The position numbers and the translations under genes are program-made. Positions 29,895 to 41,177 of a stretch of DNA of 64,000 bases are shown here, one piece after another (the stretch's first letter is position 1; every line of letters begins with the position of its first letter). A model generated the notes under the pieces. That model worked only from the letters and a program-made list of their open reading frames with translations. It searched no databases and was not told the origin of the DNA. The stretch spans positions 224,001 through 288,000 of the forward strand of contig CBDATR010000024.1 of the NCBI GenBank assembly GCA_965200155.1. The letters are read 5' to 3'. The stretch comes from Nitrosopumilaceae archaeon. Lineage in GTDB: Archaea; Thermoproteota; Nitrososphaeria; Nitrososphaerales; Nitrosopumilaceae.

Positions 29895-30890
29895 ATGGAA
29901 AATATACGACTTGACAGCCTAGAAGGTGTCGGACCAGTAACTACAAGAAAACTGTCCGATGCCGGTGTCCACAACATAATGGACCTCATAGTACGTGGAC
30001 CGGTAGAAATTGCAGACATAGCAGGTATGGAAAAAGATACCGCCGAGAAGATCGTGAACAAGGCTCGCCAGCACTTATCAGAGGGCGGCATGCTTGCCAA
30101 AGAATTCGTCAGTGCAGCAGACATCTATAAGCGGCGCCAAGAGATAGGCCGCATAAGTACAGGTACTGAGTGCTTGAATAAACTCTTTGAGGGAGGTATT
30201 GAAACGCAGGCACTTACAGAAGTATACGGTGAATTTGGATGTGGCAAAACACAATTTTGTCACACACTATGCGTCATGGTACAAAAGTCCATAGAGGAAG
30301 GTGGTCTTGAAGGAGGAGTTTTGTACATAGACTCTGAGAACACATTTCGTCCAGAAAGGATAGTCTCCATAGCTCAGGCAAACGGTATGGATCCCCAAAG
30401 GGTCTTGGATAACATCACGGTAGCCCGAGCATATAACAGCTCTCACCAAGTACTCATATTGGAAGAGGCCGGTACGGTAATTCAGGAAAGTAACGTAAAG
30501 TTGCTTGTTGCAGACTCTGCTGTCGGCCTATTTCGATCAGAGTACCTAGGTCGCGGGACACTATCCGAGAGACAGCAAAAACTAAACCACTTTGTACACC
30601 TGTTATCACGTATTGCCGAGACATACAACTGCGCCGCAGTTGCGACAAATCAGGTCATGTCCTCACCGGACGTATTCTTTGGAGATCCAACAAAGCCCAT
30701 AGGCGGCAATGTTGTAGCACACACATCCACTTATCGTGTGTACTTTAAAAAATCAGGCAAGAAAAGAATAGCACGTATGGTAGACAGTCCACACCATCCA
30801 GAAGAAGAAGTTATCTTCGCCATAAGTGAGGCGGGAGTAGTAGATCCCGAGGAACCAAAGAGGACTAAAAAATCCAAAGATGCAGCATAG
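29895..30890 (+). CDS. radA: DNA repair/recombination protein RadA
   Basis: N-terminal HhH domain, GEFGCGKTQ, YIDSENTFRPER, GRGTLSERQQ, GGNVVAH. Confidence 0.97.
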   Translation: MENIRLDSLEGVGPVTTRKLSDAGVHNIMDLIVRGPVEIADIAGMEKDTAEKIVNKARQHLSEGGMLAKEFVSAADIYKRRQEIGRISTGTECLNKLFEGGIETQALTEVYGEFGCGKTQFCHTLCVMVQKSIEEGGLEGGVLYIDSENTFRPERIVSIAQANGMDPQRVLDNITVARAYNSSHQVLILEEAGTVIQESNVKLLVADSAVGLFRSEYLGRGTLSERQQKLNHFVHLLSRIAETYNCAAVATNQVMSSPDVFFGDPTKPIGGNVVAHTSTYRVYFKKSGKKRIARMVDSPHHPEEEVIFAISEAGVVDPEEPKRTKKSKDAA

Positions 30891-30947
30891 AATACTTCGT
30901 ACTTGTTTTTACATTGAGCATGTTGCAGTTTATTAGGTACAATTTTC

Positions 30948-31039
30948 GTATGAGTTCACCTGTGTCTAAATTTACGCATAACTGATCGCGACAGTTAATG
31001 TGATTTGTGCATAAGATTCCGGAAGACGTGAACTCATAC
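30948..31039 (-). mobile_element. MITE family 1 (92 bp)
   Basis: TIRs; TSD CAATTTTC. Confidence 0.95.
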
Positions 31040-31147
31040 CAATTTTCAATGATAGTGCACAGTAACCGGTATCTAAAATCATGCCAATTGTCACAATCAG
31101 TCATGTGTGGATTTAGGCACAAACGAATGCGTATAACGTCTGTAGTT

Positions 31148-31239
31148 GTATGAGTTCACGTCTTCCGGAATCTTATGCACAAATCACATTAACTGTCGCG
31201 ATCAGTTATGCGTAAATTTAGACACAGGTGAACTCATAC
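31148..31239 (+). mobile_element. MITE family 1 (92 bp)
   Basis: TIRs; TSD CTGTAGTT. Confidence 0.95.
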
Positions 31240-31645
31240 CTGTAGTTTACTGTGCCGGAGTTGAACTTGCCTGCTTATGTATAGATCCCACCATAGTCTT
31301 TGCAGGGTATAGGACCGTACTTTTATAGAACCACTACTAGAGTAGAATCCCCATATGATGGATGACATAACCCGGACCGTCATTATACCGTTGAAGAACA
31401 ATAAGGAATTCTCCCGGCGCGCAAAGATATTTGATCACACGTCCGATTATATCCATAACAGAGCGGTGTCCGAGATCAGCCTCGGCGGTTACTACATACC
31501 CAGAACCACTCTTGAATTGAAGCATGATCCGGCCAAGGTCAAAAACGGTTCAAGATCACCATACGGCCTAAAGAAGGGCGATCCACTCTACGTGAATCAG
31601 CTACCGCGTTCTAGAACGGTTATAAAAATGGCTTGTTCCTAGAAT

Positions 31646-31787
31646 GTAACCGTTTAGGTCACCCCCGGGCAACTGTTCAAAACACACCGCTAACATGTCC
31701 GATCTTACTTTTTCTATCATGCTGCCTTACATATGTCCACGAATTTACCATCTAGGTGTTGATCTTTAACTCGACCTAAACGGTTAC
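31646..31787. mobile_element. MITE family 2 (142 bp)
   Basis: Perfect TIR GTAACCGTTTAGGTC; TSD CCTAGAAT; absent from the sibling tnpB copies. Confidence 0.93.
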
Positions 31788-32514
31788 CCTAGAATTGACA
31801 AAGTGGTGCGCAGAATACGATTGGTTGCGCCAGTTACCAGCTAACTATGGCCGGGTACAATACTACAGGCGTCTGTCGCGTGGAGACGCACGTACGAGGA
31901 TTGTTCTGATTATATTCCGCACCGGCGCGACAATGAAAGAATCATACTGTCTTGTGTTGCGCCACCAATTAGACGTGGTGAGTTCGAGTTAGGCTTGTGC
32001 GGCCTTGGTATCGCGAGAACCATGAACAATCTATCATTCCCGGGACATGCGCTCATTCAAAATCTTTGAGCGCACCAATAAAAGAACGAGGCCGGGAGAA
32101 CGCAAATTTGAGATTCATATCAACATACGAGTGAAACAACCAAAACATGTCAAGACCGATGTCATTCGCGGTGGCTGTCACGGCAGATACCAATGATAGA
32201 ACAGCAGTACATAACATGAGGCATCGCGGGATATTACGGGAGAACCGTTACCTCCAGAGCATTAAATCTCAAAAGGGTAAGCGCAGGAAGCGAGAGATCG
32301 AGAAGAAAATCATTCAATTACTACAGAAACATAGCTAACGACTCCATGAATAGAATAGTCCATGTCATCACCAAAGGTGTAGACAAGGTGGTCGTCGAAA
32401 ACCTGTCGGTTACAGGAATGACTGCTCACGGGGAGAACCGCAAGAGAACAATGAATCGAATGATGTGCGATAACCGCGCTGGCACATTCTTGCACAAGCT
32501 GAAGCAGAAATGTG

Positions 32515-32606
32515 GTATGAGTTCACGTCTTCCGGAATCTTATGCACAAATCACATTAACTGTCGCGATCAGTTATGCGTAAATTTAGACACAGGTGAAC
32601 TCATAC
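32515..32606 (+). mobile_element. MITE family 1 (92 bp) inside tnpB
   Basis: TIRs; TSD GAAATGTG. Confidence 0.95.
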
Positions 32607-32932
32607 GAAATGTGAGATACTGGGAGTGGAACGGGAGGTCATACGTGCGCAGTATAACAGCCAGACCTGTCATGTGGGCACCATTCCAGAGAACCACGTT
32701 TAACTAGGGATGTATTCAGATGCACCCGATGTAACCAGGAGAGTGACGCGGACATTAATGCCGCGTACAGTAACCGGTTTCCTTGCACGGGGTGGCAGAG
32801 CGTGTCGTCCGGAGGCGTCAAGGCGGGAATAATGGTGACAAGCCAAAACCATGTACCGTTCAGGAACGAGGGTAGCGCGCGGCGAGCCAACTAGGCGCCA
32901 TAAAAATCATAGTCAAAGACTTATGGTGACTG

Positions 32933-33721
32933 CTATAATACGTGTGTACTTGACTGATGTCGACGTGAAGATCTGACAATGGCTGCAGCTGCGGCCCCGG
33001 CATATATACCGCCATCTATATTCACAACAGTAAGACCCAAGGCACAACTCTGTAACATGGAACCCAGTGCAGATACTCCTCCCGCACCATAGCCATACCC
33101 CACAGATACAGGTATGCCTATTACTGGAATACTGAGCATGGACGTCGCTACTGTAGCCAGTGCACCCTCCATTCCGGCCGCAACCACGACACAGTCTGCA
33201 TCTTTATCCACAATCTCCTGGAGGGCCGATAGTGTTCGGTGAAGTCCTGCCACACCTACATCATATCTACACAATACATCACAACCCATAGCAACACACA
33301 TGAGTCTCACTTCCTCAGCCACAGGTATATCCGAGGTTCCGCCGGTAAGAATTCCTATTAACCCACCGCAAGTGGCAGGCTTGTCATTATATACCAGTAT
33401 GGTGGAGCAGTTGCGCCCGGTCTCCACACATAACCCCAAACTCATGGCAAACTCTACTACATCATCGTAATGATCTTTGCAAATTCTAGATACTACCAGA
33501 GGATCATCACGTGGATATTCCTCCATTATTGACTTGATATCAGCCAACTGCTTGGATTCAGCAAAAAGTACCTCCGGGATATTTCTACGACGGGCCCTAC
33601 CCAGATCTAACCTAGCCATGTTCTTTATGTTCTCAATAGAATGTAATGACAGCATCTTTTTTGCTTCTTCAACGGTAACATTGCCAGACTGGAGTGATCT
33701 GAGTATATGATCCAGTTCCAA
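32933..33721 (-). CDS. larB: nickel-pincer cofactor biosynthesis protein LarB (AIR carboxylase-like)
   Basis: GTSDIPVAEE, DVGVAGLHR, AGMEGAL, PVSVGYG, VVNIDGG. Confidence 0.92.
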   Translation of the reverse strand: MELDHILRSLQSGNVTVEEAKKMLSLHSIENIKNMARLDLGRARRRNIPEVLFAESKQLADIKSIMEEYPRDDPLVVSRICKDHYDDVVEFAMSLGLCVETGRNCSTILVYNDKPATCGGLIGILTGGTSDIPVAEEVRLMCVAMGCDVLCRYDVGVAGLHRTLSALQEIVDKDADCVVVAAGMEGALATVATSMLSIPVIGIPVSVGYGYGAGGVSALGSMLQSCALGLTVVNIDGGIYAGAAAAAIVRSSRRHQSSTHVL

Positions 33722-33723
33722 GG

Positions 33724-34638
33724 TTATAACGACAGTGTGGACAGAGCAGATTTGATGTTTGAGGCACCTGTATCAAACATCTTGCGTTCATCCTCGTCGA
33801 GATCAAGTTCCACTATTTTTTCAACGCCCTGTCGTCCAATGACAGCAGGAACGCCAATACAGATATCACCATGACCATACTCGCCATCCAAGTATGTGGA
33901 TACCGGTATCACAGAATGTTGATCTTTCATTATTGCATTAACTATTGTTGCCACCGCGTTGCCAGGGGCATGTACTGTGGCCCCCTTCAGTTTGATCACC
34001 TGTGCAGCCACTCCCCTAGTACTTGCTACCAAACTGTTCATCTCATCTTTGGATAATAAGTCACTAATGGGAATGCCAGAGACCGTACTGAAACGCGGCA
34101 ATGGCAACATTCCTTCACCGTGCTCACCTATCACCAAAGCACGTATGTCATTTCTGGAAAATCCTACCGACTCGTGTATGAATTGACGAAATCTGGAGAG
34201 ATCAAGCATGTTTCCCATACCAACTATGCGATTTCGGTTAAACCCCGAAACCTTGTACGCTACATATGCCATAGGATCCAGAGGATTTGTAACGGGTACA
34301 AGTATGGAATCTGGCGCATTTTTAGCCACCTCCCCCACCACACTCTTTACTATTGTCGTGTTTATCTTTAGTAAGTCCATGCGTGTCATGCCAGGTTTTC
34401 TTCCGGAACCGGCAACAACAACCACTACATCAGAGCCCTTCATATCAGAGTAATCGTTCGAGCCATATACCTCCACGTCTATTCCAAGCTCAGAGAGAGC
34501 ATGGTTGATGTCCATGGCTTCACCCTGAGGCAGTCCTTCAACCACGTCCAGTAAAAGGATTTTTGAGTCTGCTCCTCTCAGGGCTGAGAATAGGGCCGCA
34601 TCACCACCCACCTTGCCAGATCCTATTATGGTTAGCAT
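33724..34638 (-). CDS. mdh: malate dehydrogenase, LDH-like
   Basis: [26 protein letters not shown]. Confidence 0.95.
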   Translation of the reverse strand: MLTIIGSGKVGGDAALFSALRGADSKILLLDVVEGLPQGEAMDINHALSELGIDVEVYGSNDYSDMKGSDVVVVVAGSGRKPGMTRMDLLKINTTIVKSVVGEVAKNAPDSILVPVTNPLDPMAYVAYKVSGFNRNRIVGMGNMLDLSRFRQFIHESVGFSRNDIRALVIGEHGEGMLPLPRFSTVSGIPISDLLSKDEMNSLVASTRGVAAQVIKLKGATVHAPGNAVATIVNAIMKDQHSVIPVSTYLDGEYGHGDICIGVPAVIGRQGVEKIVELDLDEDERKMFDTGASNIKSALSTLSL

Positions 34639-34715
34639 GAATCATGGTGAAAAAGAATATGTAATTAAATCTAATGAAGACGAAAATAATCGCTTTGGTC
34701 GCTCCAAGCCACAGT

Positions 34716-35924
34716 TATAGCGGTCACCATAAGTCTTTGAGAACATGGCACCTCGTTCCTGGACAGTACCTGGCTTTGGCTTGTCACCATTATTCCCGCC
34801 CTGACGCCTCCGGTTGGTCGGGAAATGGTGCCCCACCCCCGGACGACACGCTCTGCCACTCCTACAGGGAAACCGGTTACTAAACGCCGCGTTGATATCG
34901 GCGTGAAATTCCTGGTTACATATTGAATGTGTCCCTAGTTGATCGTGACTTGTTGCCAACGTGTCCACACACGTGATAGGTCTGGCTCGTTGGGCGGGTA
35001 AACCGCCCCCTCGTGTATCTCGCTGGCACAGCCACCAATTCAATCCCCAGTGCCTCGCACTTTTGTACTACTTTCCGGCGGAACTAGCCTACCCGGTTCT
35101 CACGCATGGAGCGGTTCATTGTTCTTTTCCGGTTCCCGCCATGACTGGTCATTCGCTTTCGGTGATAAATCCTCTAGTATTACCTTGTCCACACCTTCGG
35201 TGACCGCGCGGACTACTCTATTCATGGAGTCGTTCGCGATATTATTCGCTTTCTGTCGTAGTTGAATGATTTTCTTCTCAATCTTTCGCTTCCTGCGCTT
35301 ACCTTTTCGCGTTCTAATACTCTGGAGTGCGCTAATCTCCCGTAATATGGAACAATGTCTCATGTTGGGAATCATCGTTCTGCCATTCGTGTCAGCTGTT
35401 ACATCTAGATGTTTCCTGCCGACACCCACGCCGCGAACAACGCCGGTCGATGGTTTCTCCCGTATATTGATGTGAATCTCGAATTGACGCTCCCTACTAT
35501 TGGTTACTTGTTCCACTAGAATGAGCGTATGTCCCAAGAATGATCGATTGGTTTGGTTGTTCTCACCACACCAAAACCGCACAGGTTCAACTCTAACTCA
35601 CCGCGGCGGATTGGTGGTCTTACACATGATAGTATGATCTGTCACGCCGGTGTGGTATGTAATTAGAATGATCCTCGTACGCGCGCCTGCACGCGACAGA
35701 CGCCTGTAGTATGGCACCCCAGCCATAGTTAGCTTGTAACTCACGCACCCATTCAATATCACGGCGCCACTTTGTCAATTCCAGGAACAAACAATTCTTG
35801 TTGGACGGGTAAACCGTCCCCTGATAGCCGTTCTAGAACGCGGTAGCTGATTCACGTATAATGAAACGCCCTTCATTAGGCCATATGGTGATCTTGAACT
35901 GTTTTTGACCTTGGCCGGATCATG
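34716..35924 (-). mobile_element. tnpB: tnpB pseudo-element B, 5'-truncated by IS481-like copy 4
   Basis: GVGVGRKHL, VILEDL, HADINAA; near-identical to 46783-48230. Confidence 0.85.
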
Positions 35925-36861
35925 TCAATAGTACGAAAAGTAAGTCCGCTCAGGATCCGGCGTACAGTAGCTGACTATTTCATTGCACAAGCCATATGGT
36001 AAAGAGAATAACAGAGGAATCAAGACAAAAGAGGCGTTGCCACAACCAACATAGCTCAAGACCTGAAACAAGACACGTACGAAGATTGTGAACCAGAGAA
36101 CGGGAACGACTCGAGTAAAGATGGGCAGGCCCATGATACCAATCACCGCCACCCAGATACGAATGGTAACTGAAACATACGGCAAGGATCCCGCCGGAGT
36201 AGTACGTATTGCAAAGAGGCTTTAGACAGAATTACAATATATCGCGCAGTATATCGCATAATGAAAAAGAACGGTACGGCAGGATCATCACCTGCAAAGT
36301 CAGAGTGGGTACGCTATGAGCGTAAATATTCCAATGCAATGTGGCACTGGCATGTAATGAAAGATGAGCGCTTCAGGGGACTGAATCTCATAGATGATGC
36401 ATCCAGGTGCATCGTCGGGGCGGCACTATTCTAGCATACAACCTCAGAGAACGCCACTCTACTGAGATTGGCAATGAAACGATTCGGTGCCCCTGCATCT
36501 TGGATAACGGCGCGTGTTTCGTAGGACAATAAAAGGGAAAAAAGAACTGGAAACCCACTATTCTAGGAAGAACTGCTGGATCAAGACATCATACTAATCA
36601 ATTCCAGGCCATACCACCCGCAGACAAATGGCAAACTGGAGCGCTTCCATGGAATGATTGAGGACGAGATTTGGCATTATGACAGTCTCCGGGATTATGT
36701 TGACTACTACAATGAGAGAAGATTGCACTTCTCACTGGATATAGATAACGGCGAAACACCACTCCAGGAATAAAAAGGCGACCCAGACAATTAGGACAAA
36801 TGATGAAAAATGGATGGAGCGAGATACCAATGACTAGCGGACCGACTTTTCATATATTACA
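35925..36861 (+). mobile_element. IS481-like element copy 4
   Basis: Same TIRs; lacks the GGGACTCTTA hairpin insert found in copies 1-3. Confidence 0.87.
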
Positions 36862-37269
36862 TGTCATAGTGATTACTAACTTGGATCCAAGCATTAACAT
36901 CTGAGATTTTTTAAACAAACTTTATGGTATTCACCGACAATGCCAAGTACGTCCAGCGGAAGGCTATTTGGCTTTGATCATGCGTGGAATTGAAAAGGCC
37001 AACCATAAAGGAGGGTGCTCCCTACCAGTATGCTGTGGGCATGTTACATGACACTGAGAATGGCATTAGGTATGAGATACAGGCAGGTATCCGGATTCCT
37101 TGCAGGACTACTAGAAGGGCACCAAACCCCGCACTACTCCACAATATACAGACACGGAAAAGATCTTGACATCGACAAGGGGAATGACATGATTGTCGGC
37201 ACAGACAAAAAGCTGACGAGAGCCATGATTGTTGACTCGGCCGGCCTTGAATCGTGGCGAGTGGATTAG

Positions 37270-37361
37270 GTATGAGTTCACGTCTTCCGGAATCTTGTAC
37301 ACAAATCACATTAACTGTCGCGATCAGTTGTGCGTAAATTTAGACACAGGTGAACTCATAC
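37270..37361 (+). mobile_element. MITE family 1 (92 bp)
   Basis: TIRs; TSD TGGATTAG. Confidence 0.95.
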
Positions 37362-37548
37362 TGGATTAGTGCCAAATGGAAAAAGAAGCGCGGATTCATC
37401 AGTGCTCGCGGACTAGGAGAGCATATGCATTTACGGTTACCGGCGAGTGGGTTGGGAATACGCGCATGTTAATCAATGCAGTACTGGGCTCGTATGCAGA
37501 AGAGCCACAACTGGACAGGAAGCACACCCGGGAATTGGAAAGTTCCGG

Positions 37549-37640
37549 GTATGAGTTCACGTCTTCCGGAATCTTATACACAAATCACATTAACTGTCGC
37601 GATCAGTTATGCGTAAATTTAGACACAGGTGAACTCATAC
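37549..37640 (+). mobile_element. MITE family 1 (92 bp)
   Basis: TIRs; TSD AGTTCCGG. Confidence 0.95.
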
Positions 37641-38398
37641 AGTTCCGGACCCATTGCAACAGTTGCCATCTCTGGCAGGACCAACAGATAAGCCACCACC
37701 CGTAAACGCGCTGACTAACGGTGTGTCCCCCTTTACCGAATAATTATGAGAAGCGCGCATTTAATCTGGAATTACTTGCAGATGACGCATACGCGTCCAG
37801 GGATAACATGAAATTGTGCAGTGATAATCGAATCCGGACAACCATTCCACTTCAGATAAATTCCACCAAAGGAAAGGCGACTCATGGGGACTTGCAGCCT
37901 TGGAGGAAGTCCGGAATCGTCCATTTTCCGCCTTTCTGATTAGGAAAAGGCCAAAAACAAGCAGTGCTGGAAAGCGGCAAAAGGGTACAACAGGCGATGG
38001 ATAATCGAGATAATCATAGAGCCGGTTCCCGTTCAAACGATTATTCGGGCACGGATTAATGGCGCGGAAATGGGATAACATACGAGTACAACGAGTGGGT
38101 GGACGCGGCAGCAACGTAGATTACGACATGGGGAATCCGTATTCAGTCAGAGTCAGTTATGTAACAAACTCATACCCGGCAAAGACTTATGGTGGGCGCT
38201 ATACACAATGCTTGCGCCGCAATGACAAGTTGGCGCATATGGGGGGCCGCTCCATATACCGCAAGTAAATTTGGGGTAGCGCACTCAAACATACCACCGA
38301 GCTTGCTAGACCCATTTCACAAGTGTACACCTCAATCGGTGATGACTAAAACGGTGACATAGATGAGCCTTATATGACAATGTGGTGATTTTTCCCAT

Positions 38399-38929
38399 AT
38401 GGTCAAGATAGAGGACAGAGAGGCTATCGCAAACTTGGAAGCCGCATTGTATGCCGCGGGCAGGCCGCTGATCATGGACGAATTAGTACGTGCATCGGGA
38501 ACAGGATCAAAAATGCGCACCGCGACACTCTTAACTGAGCTCATTCGCAGAACCAAAAAGGCGCTACATGCCATAGAGATAGCAACATTATCAGATGGAT
38601 CCTATGTACTGCAATTGAAACCCCAGTATGCCGGAACTGTACGCCGTTTTGCATCAAAACCGTTGCTACCTCAGGCAACGCTGAGAACACTCTCATACAT
38701 AGCATACATGCAACCGGTATCATCAAGGCAGATGGTAGAGACAAGAGGGACAGGTGTATATGCGCACATACGGGATCTGGAGCACATGGACTTTATCAGG
38801 GGAGAGAAGGCAGGAAGGCTCAAGGTGTATACCACCACAAAGAAGCTTGCCAAATATTTTGGAATACAGGACAATCCGGATGACATCAGGAGCCTCCTTC
38901 TAGGAAAAATGACAAGAAAAGCAAACTAG
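38399..38929 (+). CDS. scpB: segregation/condensation protein B
   Basis: LEAALYAAGRPL, TLSYIAYMQPV, TRG, YTTTKKLAKYFG. Confidence 0.9.
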   Translation: MVKIEDREAIANLEAALYAAGRPLIMDELVRASGTGSKMRTATLLTELIRRTKKALHAIEIATLSDGSYVLQLKPQYAGTVRRFASKPLLPQATLRTLSYIAYMQPVSSRQMVETRGTGVYAHIRDLEHMDFIRGEKAGRLKVYTTTKKLAKYFGIQDNPDDIRSLLLGKMTRKAN

Positions 38930-39193
38930 ATGTATCATATTTCCAGATGTGGCAGCAGAGTAATAAAATCACAAGAATGCAGGACATGTGACAGCAGAGC
39001 CAGGTCTTAGCACGACCCCAACCATAGCTGGTTCCACAGTTCTGCGGCATGCATCATCTGTGGAATTTACTACTCATAGATTCACAACAATCGTCACATT
39101 AATGGAAGCAAATGGCGCACGCGCATACATATGGGAGCCCGACTCTTGGCATCACTTGCCAGAATTTATATGAATTTGGGTCACAGAGGGCTC

Positions 39194-40408
39194 ATGGTGT
39201 TGATAGTGGATCCGCGTGGGGCGGGAATTTCAGGAGATATGATTCTATCTGCCCTGGTCGATTTGGGCGCGGATGGAGATCTCCTAATAAATGACATTCA
39301 GGAGTGCGCCCAATTTCTTCCAGAGTCTGTCATAAATGATATGTCGTTCAAAAAGACCATCAGAGGCGGCATAGAGTGTACAGAACTGGTGTTGGATACA
39401 AAAGACCCTGATTCGCGTCCGGCAGCAGACATGCTAAGAGCAATACAGAGATCTACAGAGCACATGAATCTCTCAGAAGCAGCTGCCGAGTTTGCCCACC
39501 GCAGTATAACATACCTAATAGACGCCGAGTCCAAAATACACGGCACAACACCAACTTCTGCCCACTTGCACGAAGCAGCTTCGCTGGATACCCTGGTGGA
39601 CATAATGGGAACCGCCACAACCCTAGACCGCATGGGTGTATTTACTGATGTGATAGAGACGACTCCGGTTAACGTAGGGAGTGGCACCGTAACCTTCTCT
39701 CACGGAACGTTTCCCAACCCAGCCCCGGCAACTCTTGAGATACTTCGTGCGGCAAATTTTCCAATAATTGGCAGTGGTATAGACAATGAGACGGCCACAC
39801 CTACAGGCGTCTGCATACTGGCGGGTATGCAGGCAACTCCCATCCCATACTATTCACAGACAGCCATCACAAACGTGGGGTATGGAGCAGGATCAAGAGA
39901 GTATGCCAACTGTGCCAACTTACTTACCATAGCACAGGGTGAGGAAGCAGGATTGAATCAGGATACCATAGGCATTTTGGAGACCAACATAGATGATGCC
40001 ACCGGCGAGATGTTGGGCGAAACCATATCCGCAGTCATGGAAAAAGGTGCCCTGGATGCGTCCATATACACGGGCACAGGTAAAAAAGGCCGCCCCACAA
40101 GCCTTGTAAGAGTACTGTGTCATCCACAAAAAATTCGGGACATTACAGATACCATGATAGTGTACACAGAAACACTGGGAATACGCGTATCCACAACAAA
40201 GAGGTATACAGTTAACCGTGAAATGCGCGCCTGTAACGTGCAAATACGCGGTAAACCATATTCAGTACGATACAAAATACACACCCATCACGGCTTACAG
40301 GACTTTAAGATAGAGTTTGACGACATAACATTCGTGGCACGGGATACAGGCATGACTATAACTCAGTCTGAGAGAATACTGCGAAGGGGAATAGAGGATG
40401 CTCGGTAG
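39194..40408 (+). CDS. larC: nickel insertion protein LarC
   Basis: GISGDMILSALVDLG, HLHE, PAPAT, TPTG, LETNIDD, KKGRP; start uncertain (39131 or 39194). Confidence 0.92.
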   Translation: MVLIVDPRGAGISGDMILSALVDLGADGDLLINDIQECAQFLPESVINDMSFKKTIRGGIECTELVLDTKDPDSRPAADMLRAIQRSTEHMNLSEAAAEFAHRSITYLIDAESKIHGTTPTSAHLHEAASLDTLVDIMGTATTLDRMGVFTDVIETTPVNVGSGTVTFSHGTFPNPAPATLEILRAANFPIIGSGIDNETATPTGVCILAGMQATPIPYYSQTAITNVGYGAGSREYANCANLLTIAQGEEAGLNQDTIGILETNIDDATGEMLGETISAVMEKGALDASIYTGTGKKGRPTSLVRVLCHPQKIRDITDTMIVYTETLGIRVSTTKRYTVNREMRACNVQIRGKPYSVRYKIHTHHGLQDFKIEFDDITFVARDTGMTITQSERILRRGIEDAR

Positions 40409-41177
40409 TGTGCAGGATTGGTTTGTCGAAAAAACAGACGCAGTGGTAGCACTCTCAGGTGGAGTAGATAGCGCCCTAGTTGCATATGCAGCTTATAGTG
40501 TCCTGGGCTCCTCGGCCTTGGCAGTAACCGCGGACTATAGTACACTTGCAACCGAGGAGTTGGATTCCGCAAGAAATGTTGCTGCGCAAATAGGCATAGA
40601 ACACCACATCATACAATACAACGAACTGGAAGATACACAATTCACAAAGAACGACTCAGACAGATGCTACCACTGCCGTTCACAGTTGGGAGATCATTTA
40701 CGATCTCTTGCATCCCGCCTTAACTACACTACAATAGTGGATGGTACCAACCTAGACGACACGGGCGATTACAGACCCGGCATCGGGGCCCTGCATGAGC
40801 GGGACATTCAAAGCCCGCTCCTAGAGATGAATATCTCCAAGCGCCAGATACGAGACATGGCAAGGGATGCAGGGCTTTCTGTACATGACCGACCCTCAAA
40901 TTCTTGCCTTGCTTCTCGTATACCATGGGGAGAGCGCATCACGGCGCAGCGTCTTGCGCGTATAGAGATGGGCGAGAGGTATATCAGGCACCACATACCG
41001 CTGGGCAGTCTGCGGGTGCGCGATGTAAGCGGCGGGGCGCGTATAGAGGTAGAGTCAGAGATGATACCACAACTACAGCGCAGTATGCCCCACGTACAGG
41101 CCGCATTACTCCAGCTGGGATTCGCTCATGTAGAGATAGAACCGCAAGGATACAGAACAGGGGGGGCCAATCTTTGA
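40398..41177 (+). CDS. larE: LarE family sulfur transferase (PP-loop)
   Basis: SGGVDS, RCYHC, DGTNLDD, YRPG, SCLASRIP. Confidence 0.92.
   Translation: MLGSVQDWFVEKTDAVVALSGGVDSALVAYAAYSVLGSSALAVTADYSTLATEELDSARNVAAQIGIEHHIIQYNELEDTQFTKNDSDRCYHCRSQLGDHLRSLASRLNYTTIVDGTNLDDTGDYRPGIGALHERDIQSPLLEMNISKRQIRDMARDAGLSVHDRPSNSCLASRIPWGERITAQRLARIEMGERYIRHHIPLGSLRVRDVSGGARIEVESEMIPQLQRSMPHVQAALLQLGFAHVEIEPQGYRTGGANL

Larger units (their letters stand above)
31280..32937 (+). mobile_element. tnpB: TIR-bounded tnpB pseudo-element A, containing two MITEs
   Basis: Fragments VVVENLSV, NSQTCHV, FRCTRC..DADINAA; ends CACCATAGTCTTTG / CAAAGACTTATGGTG. Confidence 0.8.
36862..38204 (+). mobile_element. IS5-family (IS903-like) transposase pseudogene with its right end, interrupted by two MITEs
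   Basis: YRQVSGFL, TPHYSTIYR, IVDSAGL, ADDAYASR, KGYNRRWIIE; terminal CAAAGACTTATGGTGGGCGCTATAC. Confidence 0.75.

Noticed and set aside
34989-35009. Hairpin inserts as bulge-helix-bulge introns or group II intron remnants
   Set aside because: I could not build a BHB motif at the junctions and there is no domain V or intron ORF; the resemblance is limited to a stem followed by AY.
40904-41173. Long N-terminal extension of IscS
   Set aside because: It overlaps larE in another frame; the conserved start is at 41174.
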